From: Camelus ferus
Taxonomy: Eukaryota
NCBI RefSeq assembly: GCF_009834535.1
Contig: NC_045712.1
Location: 36,456,001-36,520,000 of the forward strand
Direction: 5' to 3'
DNA length: 64,000 nt
In this document: positions 47,413-58,374 of the stretch, piece after piece
Layout: every line of letters starts with the position of its first letter
How positions within the stretch are numbered: the first letter of the stretch is position 1
Made by a program: the position numbers and the translations under genes
The notes under the pieces: model-generated
Told to the model about the DNA's origin: nothing
The model's database searches: none
The model's input: the letters and a program-made list of their open reading frames with translations, nothing else

Positions 47413-50146
47413 CCTGACAGGTCTGTCAGGAAGTCACGCCCTCCCCGCCCCCTGTCATACACGGTTCATCATCTGTTCATATACTTGCCATCACAGTCAA
47501 AATTGTGTTAAATGTTAGAAAAAAGGACTCCTTTTTGTATCTTTAGGCTAATTTTCCAACTTAAGTACTTGTAATTGTTTCTTTACTGTTTCCTCTGAAA
47601 TTCGGATCTTTCAAGTGGATTCACCCTAATTGGCCCTTTTCCAACATTAGTTGTCCTTGGGCGAGGAGAACCTTCCGTGTGACCCTTTCTGGAGGCGTGC
47701 ATCCAGGCCCTCAGGTGATGCCCTCGGGGGCTGATGTATGTGGGGTGTGTCCTGGAAGGACCAGTCCTGGGTGGTGCCGGTCCGCTCCTCACTCGTGGTC
47801 CTTCCCCCGCCAGCACCTGTGGCGGGCACCTGTGTGTCAGCGTGAGGCACTGAGTGGGTGCCGGAGAAGCAAGAGGAGGGAAGACCTCAGTCCTCTTCTT
47901 GGGGGTGATGGTCCAATGCGGTGGGGGAGGGGGCCGCGCTCTCCTGTGATGAATATCCCGACGGGTGTCTTCATCCTGCCTTGATCGTCACGACTGCCCG
48001 GTACTCACTGCTCCAGCTGTGCCGGTTACCGGTCCACGTGCTTTACCCAGGTCCTCTCAGTTCATCTTCTCAAGAAAGCTCGGAGGTCGGGATAGTTGTT
48101 TCCGTCTCACACGCAGGGAACCAACAGTTGATCTGGAATGCGTGTGCTCGAAGCCAGCAGCCCAGCTCTGGAGCCTGGGAGGACTGACACGTAGTGAGAT
48201 CAGTAACATGGTTGTACAGCTTCAGAACCAGATCTGGGGCAGCGCTCGGCCCCCCACGGCAGCCCCGCTCCCGAAGAGCACTTCATTAAGGGGCTTCCAT
48301 CCATTAAAATGTCATTTGATTTTTTTAATGTAAAGTGTTGAGTCAAAATGGTTCTGTTTTTCAAGGCTCCCCTAAAAAATCTCACAATCATAAAGTAACA
48401 AGTATTTAAAGAGCACTTACTATGAGCTGAGGCTTCACATGTCTTGTCTGCTTTAATCCTGCACAGCCCCTGAGGTGGGCACAGGTGTCCCCGAGCCTCA
48501 GGGGAGGGCACGTAGCTCGTACAAGAACCTCGTGGAGTGAGGATTGGAGCTCTTCTGCCCTGACCCGCCTGCTGCAGAGGGCAGAGCAGGGCCCCTTTGT
48601 CTCTGTCTGTCTCTCTCTCTCTCTGTTCCAGATCTTTTACTCAAAGGGGGAACCACTGAACCTTGAATTCAGTGGTTCTTTTACGTATTTTAAATCAAGG
48701 AATTTGATAAAAGTTGTGGATCCCTTCCCCAGAAAAATACACGTGACACAAAAATTTGTGCTCGAAGCAGGCTCACAGACCCGTGAAGCCTTTAGCCAGC
48801 ATTACAGGTGACGTAGCAGGCACGGATCTTAGGTCTCCCATGTGAACGCTGTTCTGACGGCACTCGAGAGTGGTTGGACAGGAGAAGAGACACATTTTAC
48901 CCTGATTATGAAAAAGAGCACATGGCACATCCTATGGGTGGGGAAACTGAGGGACAGAGCAGTTAAGTAATTGGCTTTGTCACCCAGTTATGAGAGACAG
49001 AGTCAGGGCGGGACATGAAATGTGCACCCCAGGGTCCACGCGTGTAATCACCGCATCCTCCTGCCTTGTGGGTGTGGAGTAGCCCTTCCAGGTCTTCCGC
49101 TTTAAATCTGCGACACAGTTCCCAACATACAGGGATGTGTGCTCTTCCCCGTGTACCATAAGTAGGGTGTGGTCAGCCTGGAGATTCTTCGAGGAATCAA
49201 GGTTAAGCAGCCACATATCTCTTTCTTAAACTCAGCAGAAGCCAGCGTCCTTGCTTCATTGTATGTGAGTAGCAGTTTACCAACTGTGACATATTCCACC
49301 ATCCACACGCAGGCAGAGAATTTAGGGTGAAAAGGAAAAAGACATCTGTCTTCCCCCAAGCCATGTGTCTTCCCAGATGCTTTTCAGACCGATTGCTGTC
49401 GGTAGAGGCAGAAAGTGCCTGAGTTTCGCCGTGTCTTTGGCCTTCGCTGATCAGATTCCCCACCCGTGTGGCATCAGGTCCCTTGACGCCCCCAGCGGCA
49501 TTGTCAGGTGCTGACCTGCTTCACTGGATAGAACCCTGGCGTCTTACCTGTAACGTGGGAAGTGTCCAGGGGTTGCCTTCAAGTTTAATGAGCTAAGCAT
49601 GTATTTTCTCATTAAGATATACTTTGAAACTCATTATGGGAAAAAGGGCCATTTCTGTTAGGATGTTTGAGTGTATGTAACTGTAATCGTTTCTTTCCAT
49701 GTGTAGTGGAGACATGAGTAAACACTGTGAACAAGAGTACTGAAATTCTCATTTGGCTTTCCAGTACTGAACAAAGACTCTTTGTTGTGAGTGGAATATA
49801 GGTCTGGAAATGTCGTAATAGCCAGAATTGAAAATAATACCAAACCCTGACAAAATTCTCTTTATATTTACTTAAATCATTTAGTCCACTGGTTTTAAGT
49901 TGCATAAATTTTCACCCTTGGTTAAACTGGGTTTTTGTTTTCAAAGCAAGCAAATTAAATGAAGTTCTATAATAAAAGCAACCAAAAAGTAACATAGTTA
50001 TTGCAGAGCAGTTAGAAAATGCAGAGAAGTATAAAGAAAACATTTACCCTAGCCCATCATTGAGGAAAGATGCTGTGAACGTGCTGCCCGCCCATCTTTT
50101 CCACATGTTCCGCTTCCTTGTAAATACTGACATTTCTGTTTCGCAG

Positions 50147-50663
50147 GTACCAGCGTAGTGTGGAATGGGCCACAAAGCTCCTGCAGAGACAAGGTCGGTA
50201 TCAGAGCACAGTGCGTGGAATCCTCGAGGATTACACGAAGCCCCTGGAACATCCTTGTACAAAACAAAGCGAAGAGGTCCAGTTGTATAATGAGCTGAAC
50301 TCTGAAATGGTTTCCAACATGCAAGGCACAGCCGATAGAGAGAGACTTTCTGAGATGAATGGGGTTGTGGGAAAGTCAGAGGACCTAGAGGATCCCAGCG
50401 TGCCACCTGACCACCCGCTGAGGGCTTCCAGGCACAACCCGCTGACCGCAGGTGGCCCGGCTGAACCCACAGTGGAGGTCGCTGCCCCTCTGCCCCCCAT
50501 CCACTGCGGCAGACGGGATGCTCCCCTCCCACAGTGTGATACTCAGCCTGAGGACAGCAGCCAAGGATCGGGTCTCATCTGTGCCCAAGAGGGAGGGCCT
50601 GACCACGAGTACGTGCTGGTGGAGGAAGTCGTGAGTGACGGGGAAGATGCCCTGGACGGGGAT
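50147..50663 (+). CDS. TSEN2: TSEN2 exon 5 (517 nt; variable linker region)
   Basis: YQRSVEWATKLLQRQG...PDHEYVLVEEVVSDGEDALDGD; tcgcag| acceptor, GAT|gtaagt donor, phase 0; overlaps supplied ORF 50160-50684. Confidence 0.95.
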
Positions 50664-51214
50664 GTAAGTAGAGGAAGTAGATGAATTCCTCCAGTGCTGT
50701 CTGGTTCTGGCCGAGAGGAGATGCTGGCCAGCCCAGGGGTCCCTTACTCGGCGCCGGTAGCGGGCACATGTTAAGCATCCGTGGCGTCGGAGGTGGGATG
50801 CAGGACAACCACCTGCAGACCCCCAGGAAACCAGCCAGCCCTGGCTCGGGAGTTGTGAGGCCTGTTTCGACTGAAACCTCGAAGTCTGTGAATGACTTAA
50901 CTTTAAATTGCACATATATATATAAAGTAAAGCAGGTCAGCAATATTCTCTCCCTTGAGAAGGAGCGCAGTGGCGATCCCCCTGCGTTGAGTGGCCCTGC
51001 AGGGTTGGGTGGGCGGTCAGCCTTCATGGGAGAAGCAGGGGAGCAGAACGGGAGCCACTTCATTGAGGGGCGTGCCAGGCAGTTGCCCCAGAATCACCTG
51101 TCGGAGCGCAAAACGAGAAGCAGTCTGACAGTTACTGTGTGAAGCACCCATTTGAAGGAATGTCAGCTGGCCTTCAGAATGAAGTTTGTGAAGTCTCATT
51201 AAGAACCTAGGCTT

Positions 51215-51265
51215 TTGTAAAATAACTATAACGCAATAAAAAAAAAGTGAAAAAGAAAAAAAAAC
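51215..51265 (+). mobile_element. Extremely 5'-truncated L1 tail
   Basis: 'ttgtaaaataactataacgcaataaa' plus A tail resembles the L1 3' terminus at 41049 and 58308; flanked by ACCTAGGCTT repeats. Confidence 0.7.
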
Positions 51266-51276
51266 ACCTAGGCTTA

Positions 51277-51377
51277 CAGGACAGAGGGTATAGCTCAGTG
51301 GTAGAGCACATGCATAGCAAGCACGGGGTCCTGGGTTCAATCCCCAGGGCCTCCATTTAAAAAAGAAGAACAGGGTA
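51277..51377 (+). mobile_element. tRNA-Ala(AGC)-derived SINE (camelid Vic-1-like)
   Basis: A and B boxes, AGC anticodon at 51316-51318, A-rich tail, TSD ACCTAGGCTTA at 51266-51276 and 51378-51388. Confidence 0.92.
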
Positions 51378-51490
51378 ACCTAGGCTTATGCTCATGAGGC
51401 GCAGTTGGGTGAGAAAAGGCAGCACGTAGAGCTGACCGGCGAGATGTTCACAGCTGCGGAGGGGTTCACGGGGTTAACGCAGTGTTAGTG

Positions 51491-51651
51491 CGGCTGACCC
51501 TTGAACACGTGGGCTTGAACTGTGCGGGTCCACCTATCGGAGGGTTTTTTCCAGCAGTGAACACACCAGCTCTGCAGGATTCGTGGTGGCTGGATCTGCG
51601 GGTACAGAGGGCCGGCTGCGAGTCATGCGCAGATTTTCCACTGCCCGGAGT
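51491..51651 (+). mobile_element. TcMar-Tigger MITE (MER8/Tigger2-like), runs into a gap
   Basis: 'cggctgacccttgaacacgtgggcttgaactgtgcgggtccacct'; opposite orientation to the copy at 38481. Confidence 0.85.
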
Positions 51652-51797
51652 NNNNNNNNNNNNNNNNNNNNNNNNNNNNNNNNNNNNNNNNNNNNNNNNN
51701 NNNNNNNNNNNNNNNNNNNNNNNNNNNNNNNNNNNNNNNNNNNNNNNNNNNNNNNNNNNNNNNNNNNNNNNNNNNNNNNNNNNNNNNNNNNNNNNNN
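51652..51797. other. Assembly gap (146 N)
   Basis: N run ending 154 bp upstream of exon 6. Confidence 1.
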
Positions 51798-51951
51798 TAA
51801 TAGAAAAGTTTTTTGTTTTTTTTTTTAAAGAATTAATGTAGCAGATGTGAATCTGGAAAATTTAGAAGGAGAATGTCCCTTTTAAAATGCAGCCTCTGTG
51901 TCACCTGTGGTGCTCGCAGCTGTTGTGCATGTATTTTCTTTTTCTCTCCAG

Positions 51952-52029
51952 TTGTCGCAAAAAAGGAGGCTGATATGCAGAAGAAATCCGTATAGGATCT
52001 CTGAGTACTTGCAGCTCAGCCTGGAAGAG
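51952..52029 (+). CDS. TSEN2: TSEN2 exon 6 (78 nt)
   Basis: [26 protein letters not shown]; ctccag| acceptor, GAG|gtatgt donor. Confidence 0.97.
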
Positions 52030-53069
52030 GTATGTTGCCAGCGTGTTATCTTCTCTGCTGTTGGCCCCCCCCAGCCCGGGCCGCCACCACACAGATGAGT
52101 CCACCTCGAAGTGCAGTTCTGAACACAGTTCAGTAAGTGAAGATCACAATTCAGTGTCGTCACCACCGGCAGCTCCCACGTGTCATCAGTTCCAAGGTTT
52201 CCACTTGGGAGTTTTCCCCATATTCATTCCACAGAGGCTTCAAGAGGTTTGAGCACTCTTTTCACATCAAGGTTTCGTATTGTCCAAATGTACCAGCTTC
52301 TTAAAAAGAAATACAGGCTTACGGAGGTACAGTGCACGTACCATTCACTCATTAAAGCTGTGCATTTCAGTGGTTTTTGTTCCTATAAAATAGTGCTATA
52401 TTCGTAGAGTTTGACCAGCTTTTCATAAGCCGAGATGCCTGCCTGCAGTCGGGTAATGATGATGCTAATTATGGGTCCTGAGTGCTTCCCTCTGCAGGGT
52501 TACTGCCAAGTGTTTGCTTTGCTTAACGCCTTACCTGCGTTCTCACAGCCTGGCTGAAAGTGGCTTTCTAAACCTGCGTCGTATTTTCCCTCTGATTTGG
52601 GGTTCCTCTGTGCTGTGTTCACGGGGGCTCGGCTCCTCCCTCCTTGCTGATGTTTACACGGGACAGATGTGAAGACAGCGCCCCTCTGTCCGAGGCTGCG
52701 CCTCTTCCCCAGCGGTGCGCGTGCCTGTTTGCACGGCTCCCGCAGCGGCTAACACGGCTCTCAGCCTACCTGCAGGTCTCAGGAAGAGCGTGTTGACTGC
52801 GTCCACAGCGGGAACTTCATAGACGCGTTCACAGGCAGGTCGCTGTGTCTCCTAGTCTCCTGATCTTCGGGTCTGTGCGTTCTTCCTTACAGTGAGGCCA
52901 GCGAAGAAAAGAGCAGGCTTTCAGAGCAGGGATGGGTATGTGGGATTACTTACTTCATCCACTCATCTTCCAAACGGAACAGCTTAGTTTACTGTCAAAT
53001 ACAGTCGCCGCTTGCTGCCTGTGACTATTTAAACTAATTGACATGGAACAAAAATGTGAAATTCTCCTC

Positions 53070-53300
53070 TCAGCTGTGCCAGGTACATTTCAGACGCTCA
53101 GCAGGTAGGTGTGGCCAATGTCTGCTCTGGGGGACAGCACCGGGGCGCCCACTCTCCAGTCCTTGACCTCTCTGAGCCTCAGGTTTCTCCCCTGAAGAGG
53201 GGGTGCATGACACCTTGTTCGTAGGATGTTCTGGGATTAAATGATGCACTGATGGTTCAGCACAACGCCTGGTGTCTGGTAGGTGCCCAGTGAGTGTCGC
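53070..53300 (+). mobile_element. MIR SINE
   Basis: 'ccttgacctctctgagcctcaggtttctcc...gttctgggattaaatgatgc...gcctggtgtctggtaggtgcccag'. Confidence 0.75.
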
Positions 53301-55399
53301 TGCCTGCTCTCCTGTCACTGTCATTTGTGCTACCTGTAAAAGCTATTTAGTGGCTGGTTGGAGCTCAGTACTACTAACATGCAATCAGTATTCAGTAAAA
53401 ATACTCTCCAGGTACTTACTACTTGCCTGGCACCAGGCTGAGTACTGACCGTACAGAAATAAATAGAACATGGTTCTGGGCCCGAAGCTGCCCGGAGTTA
53501 GTTTAGTGTGATTTGCACAGCATGGTGTGCGGGTCGTGCCAGGCTTCCTCCTCTCTCCTTGGACCCAACGCCTGACAGGTGCTTAATAATTATTTGTTAG
53601 GTAGATGTGTATGAGGTGACAAATTTGCACAGAAACAGTGAGGTCTGGAGGGGCATGAGCTGTCCGGAGAGACTTCACAGAGTTGGTGATGCCTGCAGGA
53701 TACAGGATGGCTGGGGGGTTGCCAGACGGTCACAGTGGACGGGGCAGGCCCTTTCATGTGGCTTGGTCCTGGAAGCGGCAGCCCAGAGGCGAGATCGTGG
53801 CAGGCGTGTCTGCGAGTGGTGGTCTGACCTGGTCCTGGTGGCACCGGGGCACCATAGGCAGCCACTTCGGGAAGTGGCAGGGACCAGAGCTGGCGTCAGT
53901 ACAAGGCCGGGCTGGCGGGCTGAGGCCGTTGGGAGCCTGCAGCCTCTCAGCTCCAGGGGGCGGCAGCAGTAGGCCAAGAGAGTGCCAGTGTCACGAGCTG
54001 GGGGTTCACCTCACCCCTCCAGATGCGAGACCAGTTGATGCTTTTTACTGACAAGTGAAAAAGCTTTGCTGTCTCGCTGCCTCTTCCCAAACACCCGCCG
54101 AAGAAGTGCTGGTGTATTGGGAGGTCAGAGGTGAGGGTGCTCTCATTCTTGGAAGCTGCTTGGTTTCTGAGATCATTGCAGAGCTGTGCTGCAGGCGTTT
54201 CCAAGGAGCACGCAGTTAAACCCAGCTCTGCTTCCCAGCTCTGCCTTGGCGGATGTCCTTGGATGCATCGCCCACGTTTGGCGCACCACCTGTACAGTTT
54301 ACTGTGTTCCCATAAACGTCCGTCAGGAACACGGGCTGCCCTGCTGTGATGACTCAAAGCAGTTTGCAGGTTGTGAGAGCGGTCACACCACGCTCACTTG
54401 GGGATCTGTCACTGGGAGCTGTTTGTTGTTACGATGTTTTGGCCCCTAACCAAAGTTAGTCATGAGACATTAAAGCCATCATTAAACTCATCTTATTAGT
54501 ACTATCAAAGGAGAAACTTACTGAGGAGGTTTCAAGGGACATGAAATTTGAGGATTTCAGCCTCCACAAACTTCTGTAGTGTACTGATGATTTAAGTCTA
54601 AAAAAAACCAACTCATTTGGATTAAGACCCTCCCCACCTGTAATTGGTGCCTAAAAGCAGTTTGCATAGGTTCATAAAAGCCATTTAGGCCAATAAGAAC
54701 AAGCCATTGGTTTCATCAATTCTTAGGGAAAAGTTTGTTTGCTGATAACAGAAAGTTTCTGAAGAACTTACGTTCTGACAGACCTGGAAGTCACCTCTTG
54801 CTAGGCAAGGACTGGGCTGAACCTTCCCCAGCTGCAGTGTTGAAAGGTTCTAGAAAGGGAGGGAAGCTCGAGTGAACTGAGCAGTTCGGTGCTTGGCAGT
54901 TGCTTTTTTAAACCTCAGCAGGAGTTAATCTCACTAAATCTTTAAGGAGGCTTGATCGTGCCCGAGATGAGCAGGTGACGAGTCTATGTGATGCCTCCAG
55001 GGCCTGGGGATTAATGACAATCTCAGCCCAGGGCTGCGTATCTCAAAGGTCATTCTTCCTGTTACACCCTGTGGACCAAGAAGGGAAAATTGAGGGAAAA
55101 GGAAAGAGAAAGAAGGACTTGGCTTTTTGAAGAACCAACTTGTCTTTTCCATTGTGCCTTTTGGCCACCATCTGCGTCCATCTGAAAAACCGCAGTGTTA
55201 TGTATTAATAAGCAGTGGACTGTGGGAGAGCAGAAGTCAGAATAAGCTGGGAAGGCTGTCACCATAGCTGCCGGAGAAGCAGGACACGGTGTCCACCCTG
55301 AGGAGGACGGTGCTGAGAGCCGGGCCTGCAGAGACCCGCCTGGGTGGCCTGGCAGTGTGACCCCACCCCCACCCCGCCCTGGGCGGGATCCAGACCTAT

Positions 55400-55900
55400 T
55401 TCTTTGTTCTCTCTGCACAAGCCTTGAGCCCCTTCTAGGCCAAGGGAACCATGCAGGGTTTCTGCTCTCACAGAGCTTACATTCTAGTTGGAGAGACACA
55501 CAGAAGAAAGATACTTTCAGACAAAAATAAATGCTCCGAAGAAGTTGATCGGGATGGGGGTTAAACCCAGTGGTCAGGGAAGACTTCCCTGAGAAGTGAC
55601 CTTTGACTCTGGGGCAGAGCACGTCAGGTGTGGGAATAGCAGTGACAGAGGTGAAGGCAGGAATGAGCTTTGTGTGTCTGGGGACAGAGGTGAGGCTGGC
55701 CGGCCAGGAAGAGGGGTGGGTAGACATGCAGGGGCTGGGGCCCTGGGGGCCCTGGGAGCCACAGTGTCGCCACAGGGTGAGGTGACTCTGGCTGCCCTGC
55801 AGAGCGGGCTGCCCAGGCCAGAGCTCAGGGGCCTCTGCAGAAGCCCAGGCAGGAGGGAGTGGCCGGGACACCAAGAAGCAGCCCGGCAGGTGACGCCTGC
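55400..55900 (-). mobile_element. L2 LINE fragment
   Basis: 'ctgctctcacagagcttacattctagttggagagacaca...cagggaagacttccctgagaagtgacctttgac'. Confidence 0.8.
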
Positions 55901-55943
55901 ATCTTCAGGGGAGCTGTAGGTTGGGATCTGGGTAAAACTGAGG

Positions 55944-56415
55944 TAGTAGTTCTCAAACCACTTTATTCTCTTAAAAATCATTGAGGGACCCCAGAGAGCA
56001 TTTTTATATGGATTGTATCTGTCAATGCTTACCAAATTGTAAATTAAAACAAAATTTAAATGTTTATTAACTCATTTTAAAATAATGATAATATACCCAC
56101 TGTACATTAACAAAAATAATCTTATGAAAAATATCTATATTCTTTTAAAACAAAACAAATCCAGTGAGAAAAATGTCATTGTTTTTCATTTTGCAAAGAC
56201 TCTAAGGTCCAGTTTTATAGAAGTCTGCTGAGTTCTCACATCCGATGCTACCTTCAGTCTGTTGTGATATCACATGTCTTGGAGCCTCTGGGGAGAATGA
56301 CTATGAACAAGGCGTCCAGTAATGCCTTAAGGTCATGAAATGATTTTGACCTTGAGACCTCCTGCAAGGGTCTTGGGGACCCTGGGACCCCCAGTCTAGG
56401 CTTCAAGAACCACTG
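55944..56415 (-). mobile_element. hAT-Charlie non-autonomous element (Charlie1-like)
   Basis: Terminal inverted repeats tagtagttctcaaa / ttcaagaaccactg; interior 'ttaaaaatcattgagggaccccagagagc...tgattttgacc'. Confidence 0.7.
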
Positions 56416-57458
56416 TGGTAAAGAGAGATGTCAGGTGGCCAGAAGATGACCAGGGGGTGGGTGCGGGCAATTCCCGAGGATCAGGAAGGTGTTTCCTTAG
56501 AAGGACCTGTTGCTGCTTGAAGCCCCCGACCCCTTCACAGTCTGTGGTCCCCTGCCCTGAGCACCAGGTGGGGAGGAAACATGGAGTGAGTGGACCAGAG
56601 GCCTGGGGGCTCAGGGCAGGGACCGCCTTCCTTCTGCCACAGGGCCCTCTAGGAAATCTGGTGATGAATCTCTTCTTCCATCCTCATGTTTAAAAGGAAA
56701 GCAACCCAGTCTTACGGAGACCCATCATTTGGTCACCACTGCGGACCAGTCTCACCTGAGCCTGTTCAGGTGTAAATGTGGATCCTAGTCCCCTTCTGCC
56801 AGCAGAGCCGACAGCAGGGCCTGTTGGCTGGTGTCAGTGCTTGGCATCATCTTGTTTTTATCAGAAAGTTGCTTTTATTTCCACATAAGTGTAATTTTAC
56901 TCAATTACGGCAAACTTTCTTTGTGGTTCCTCCCGCCTCCCCAGATGAGTAAAACGTGGTGCTTTATCATGAAGTTCATGGAAAGATGGGATTTACTTGA
57001 TGGGAAATCACTGTGCAGTGAGCGTGAGCAGGAGACTCATCTGGTTACACTAGCTTTGCCGTGTTTCCACAGATTTCTCCATGTTTCTTTCTGTACATTT
57101 TTCCCCAGTTTAGTGTGGTTATTTTACAGAGGAAAATCCAATGAGCAACGATTCCTACTGCTCTTATACCTATTTATATCACTTTTCAGTTTAGCTGTGT
57201 GGTTTTTTTTTTTTAAAGAAAAAATACTTGGAAAAGTTCATATAAATGTGTTTTTACTGATTTTAAACCATTTTGTGGCATTTATATTTTAATCCTTGAA
57301 ATTTGAATGAACCATTTATGTTTAAAAATAAGTGACCAATTTGATAGTGATAAGGATGTTAATTTGTGTTTATGGCAAAGAGAAATCAGTGTGTAAAATA
57401 ATTTCTCAAGAACGTGGAACGGCTTCTGATGAGCGTTTTCTGCTTGCTCCGTTTTCAG

Positions 57459-57509
57459 GCTTTCTTCCTGGTCTACGCTCTTGGGTGTCTGAGTGTTTAC
57501 TATGAGAAG
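57459..57509 (+). CDS. TSEN2: TSEN2 exon 7 (51 nt)
   Basis: AFFLVYALGCLSVYYEK; tttcag| acceptor, AAG|gtaaga donor; keeps the Tyr equivalent to human Y309 (PCH2B residue, recalled). Confidence 0.97.
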
Positions 57510-58050
57510 GTAAGAGGTTTTATTCAGATACAATCCACTTAACATTTTCCTGATATTAAAAGCGGGTTGTTGTCATTTCCATATTCCTTTAATACAAATG
57601 TGTCTATTTTCACTGAGTAGAATTGGAATTGAATTTTTTTCCCTAATTTTAGGCCTTGAGCCCTCAGCTGGGACTGTGTAGGCAAAAACCAGCTTTGACT
57701 GTTTTAGAGTGAATTTCATTCCCAGAGACTGGGAGGAGAGCAGTATCTTCTAGAATGATCAGGAAATCTGCGTCAGAACAGTACTAAGAACTAGCAGAAA
57801 TAGAGCCCAGCGATGTTCAGCGCCTCCTTCAGTAAAGGCTGTGAGTCAGGTGCTCGACTCGCAACATTCTGATCCTTTCCTCTGCGTGGAGAGGCTTTTG
57901 TAGATGAGGTAGTCACAGCTCAGAAACAAGTAACTCACCCACGGCAACACAGCTGGTCTGGTTGTAATTAGGATGTGAACCCATGTCAGGGCAGCTCCGA
58001 AGCCAGGAGCTTGTGCTGTAGTCTGCTGCTCGTAGAAGAACGTTAGTGCC

Positions 58051-58374
58051 TCACAAAACAGAAACAGACTCACAGACGTAGAAAACAAACTTATGGCTAC
58101 CAGGAGGGCAGGGGGTGGGGAGGGATAAATTGGGAGTTTGAGATTTGCAGATACTAACTAATATATATAAAATAGACAAACAACAAGTTCATACTATATA
58201 GCACAGGGAATTGTGTTCAACATCTTGTAGTAACCTATGATGAAGAAGAACATGAAAACATTCATGTATGACTGAAACGTTATGCTGTACACCAGAAATT
58301 GATACAACATTGTAAACTGACTATACTTCAATTAAAAAAAAAATATACACATACACACACACAAAGAAAAAAAA
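58051..58374 (+). mobile_element. Young 5'-truncated L1 (3' UTR) with TSD
   Basis: Ends 'ctgtacaccagaaattgatacaacattgtaaactgactatacttcaattaaaaa' plus A/(AC)n tail; TSD AAC(G/A)TTAGTGCC at 58039-58050 and 58375-58386. Confidence 0.92.

Noticed and set aside
55598-55610. DR1/PPRE-like GAGTCA-A-AGGTCA on the minus strand
   Set aside because: Falls in a common L2 consensus segment; expected by chance.
55062-55874. 270-aa minus-strand ORF
   Set aside because: Largely overlaps an L2 remnant; no reverse transcriptase or other motif recognised.
56662-56760. Possible box C/D snoRNA (GTGATGA...CTGA)
   Set aside because: No terminal stem, no clear C'/D' boxes and no recognisable rRNA guide.
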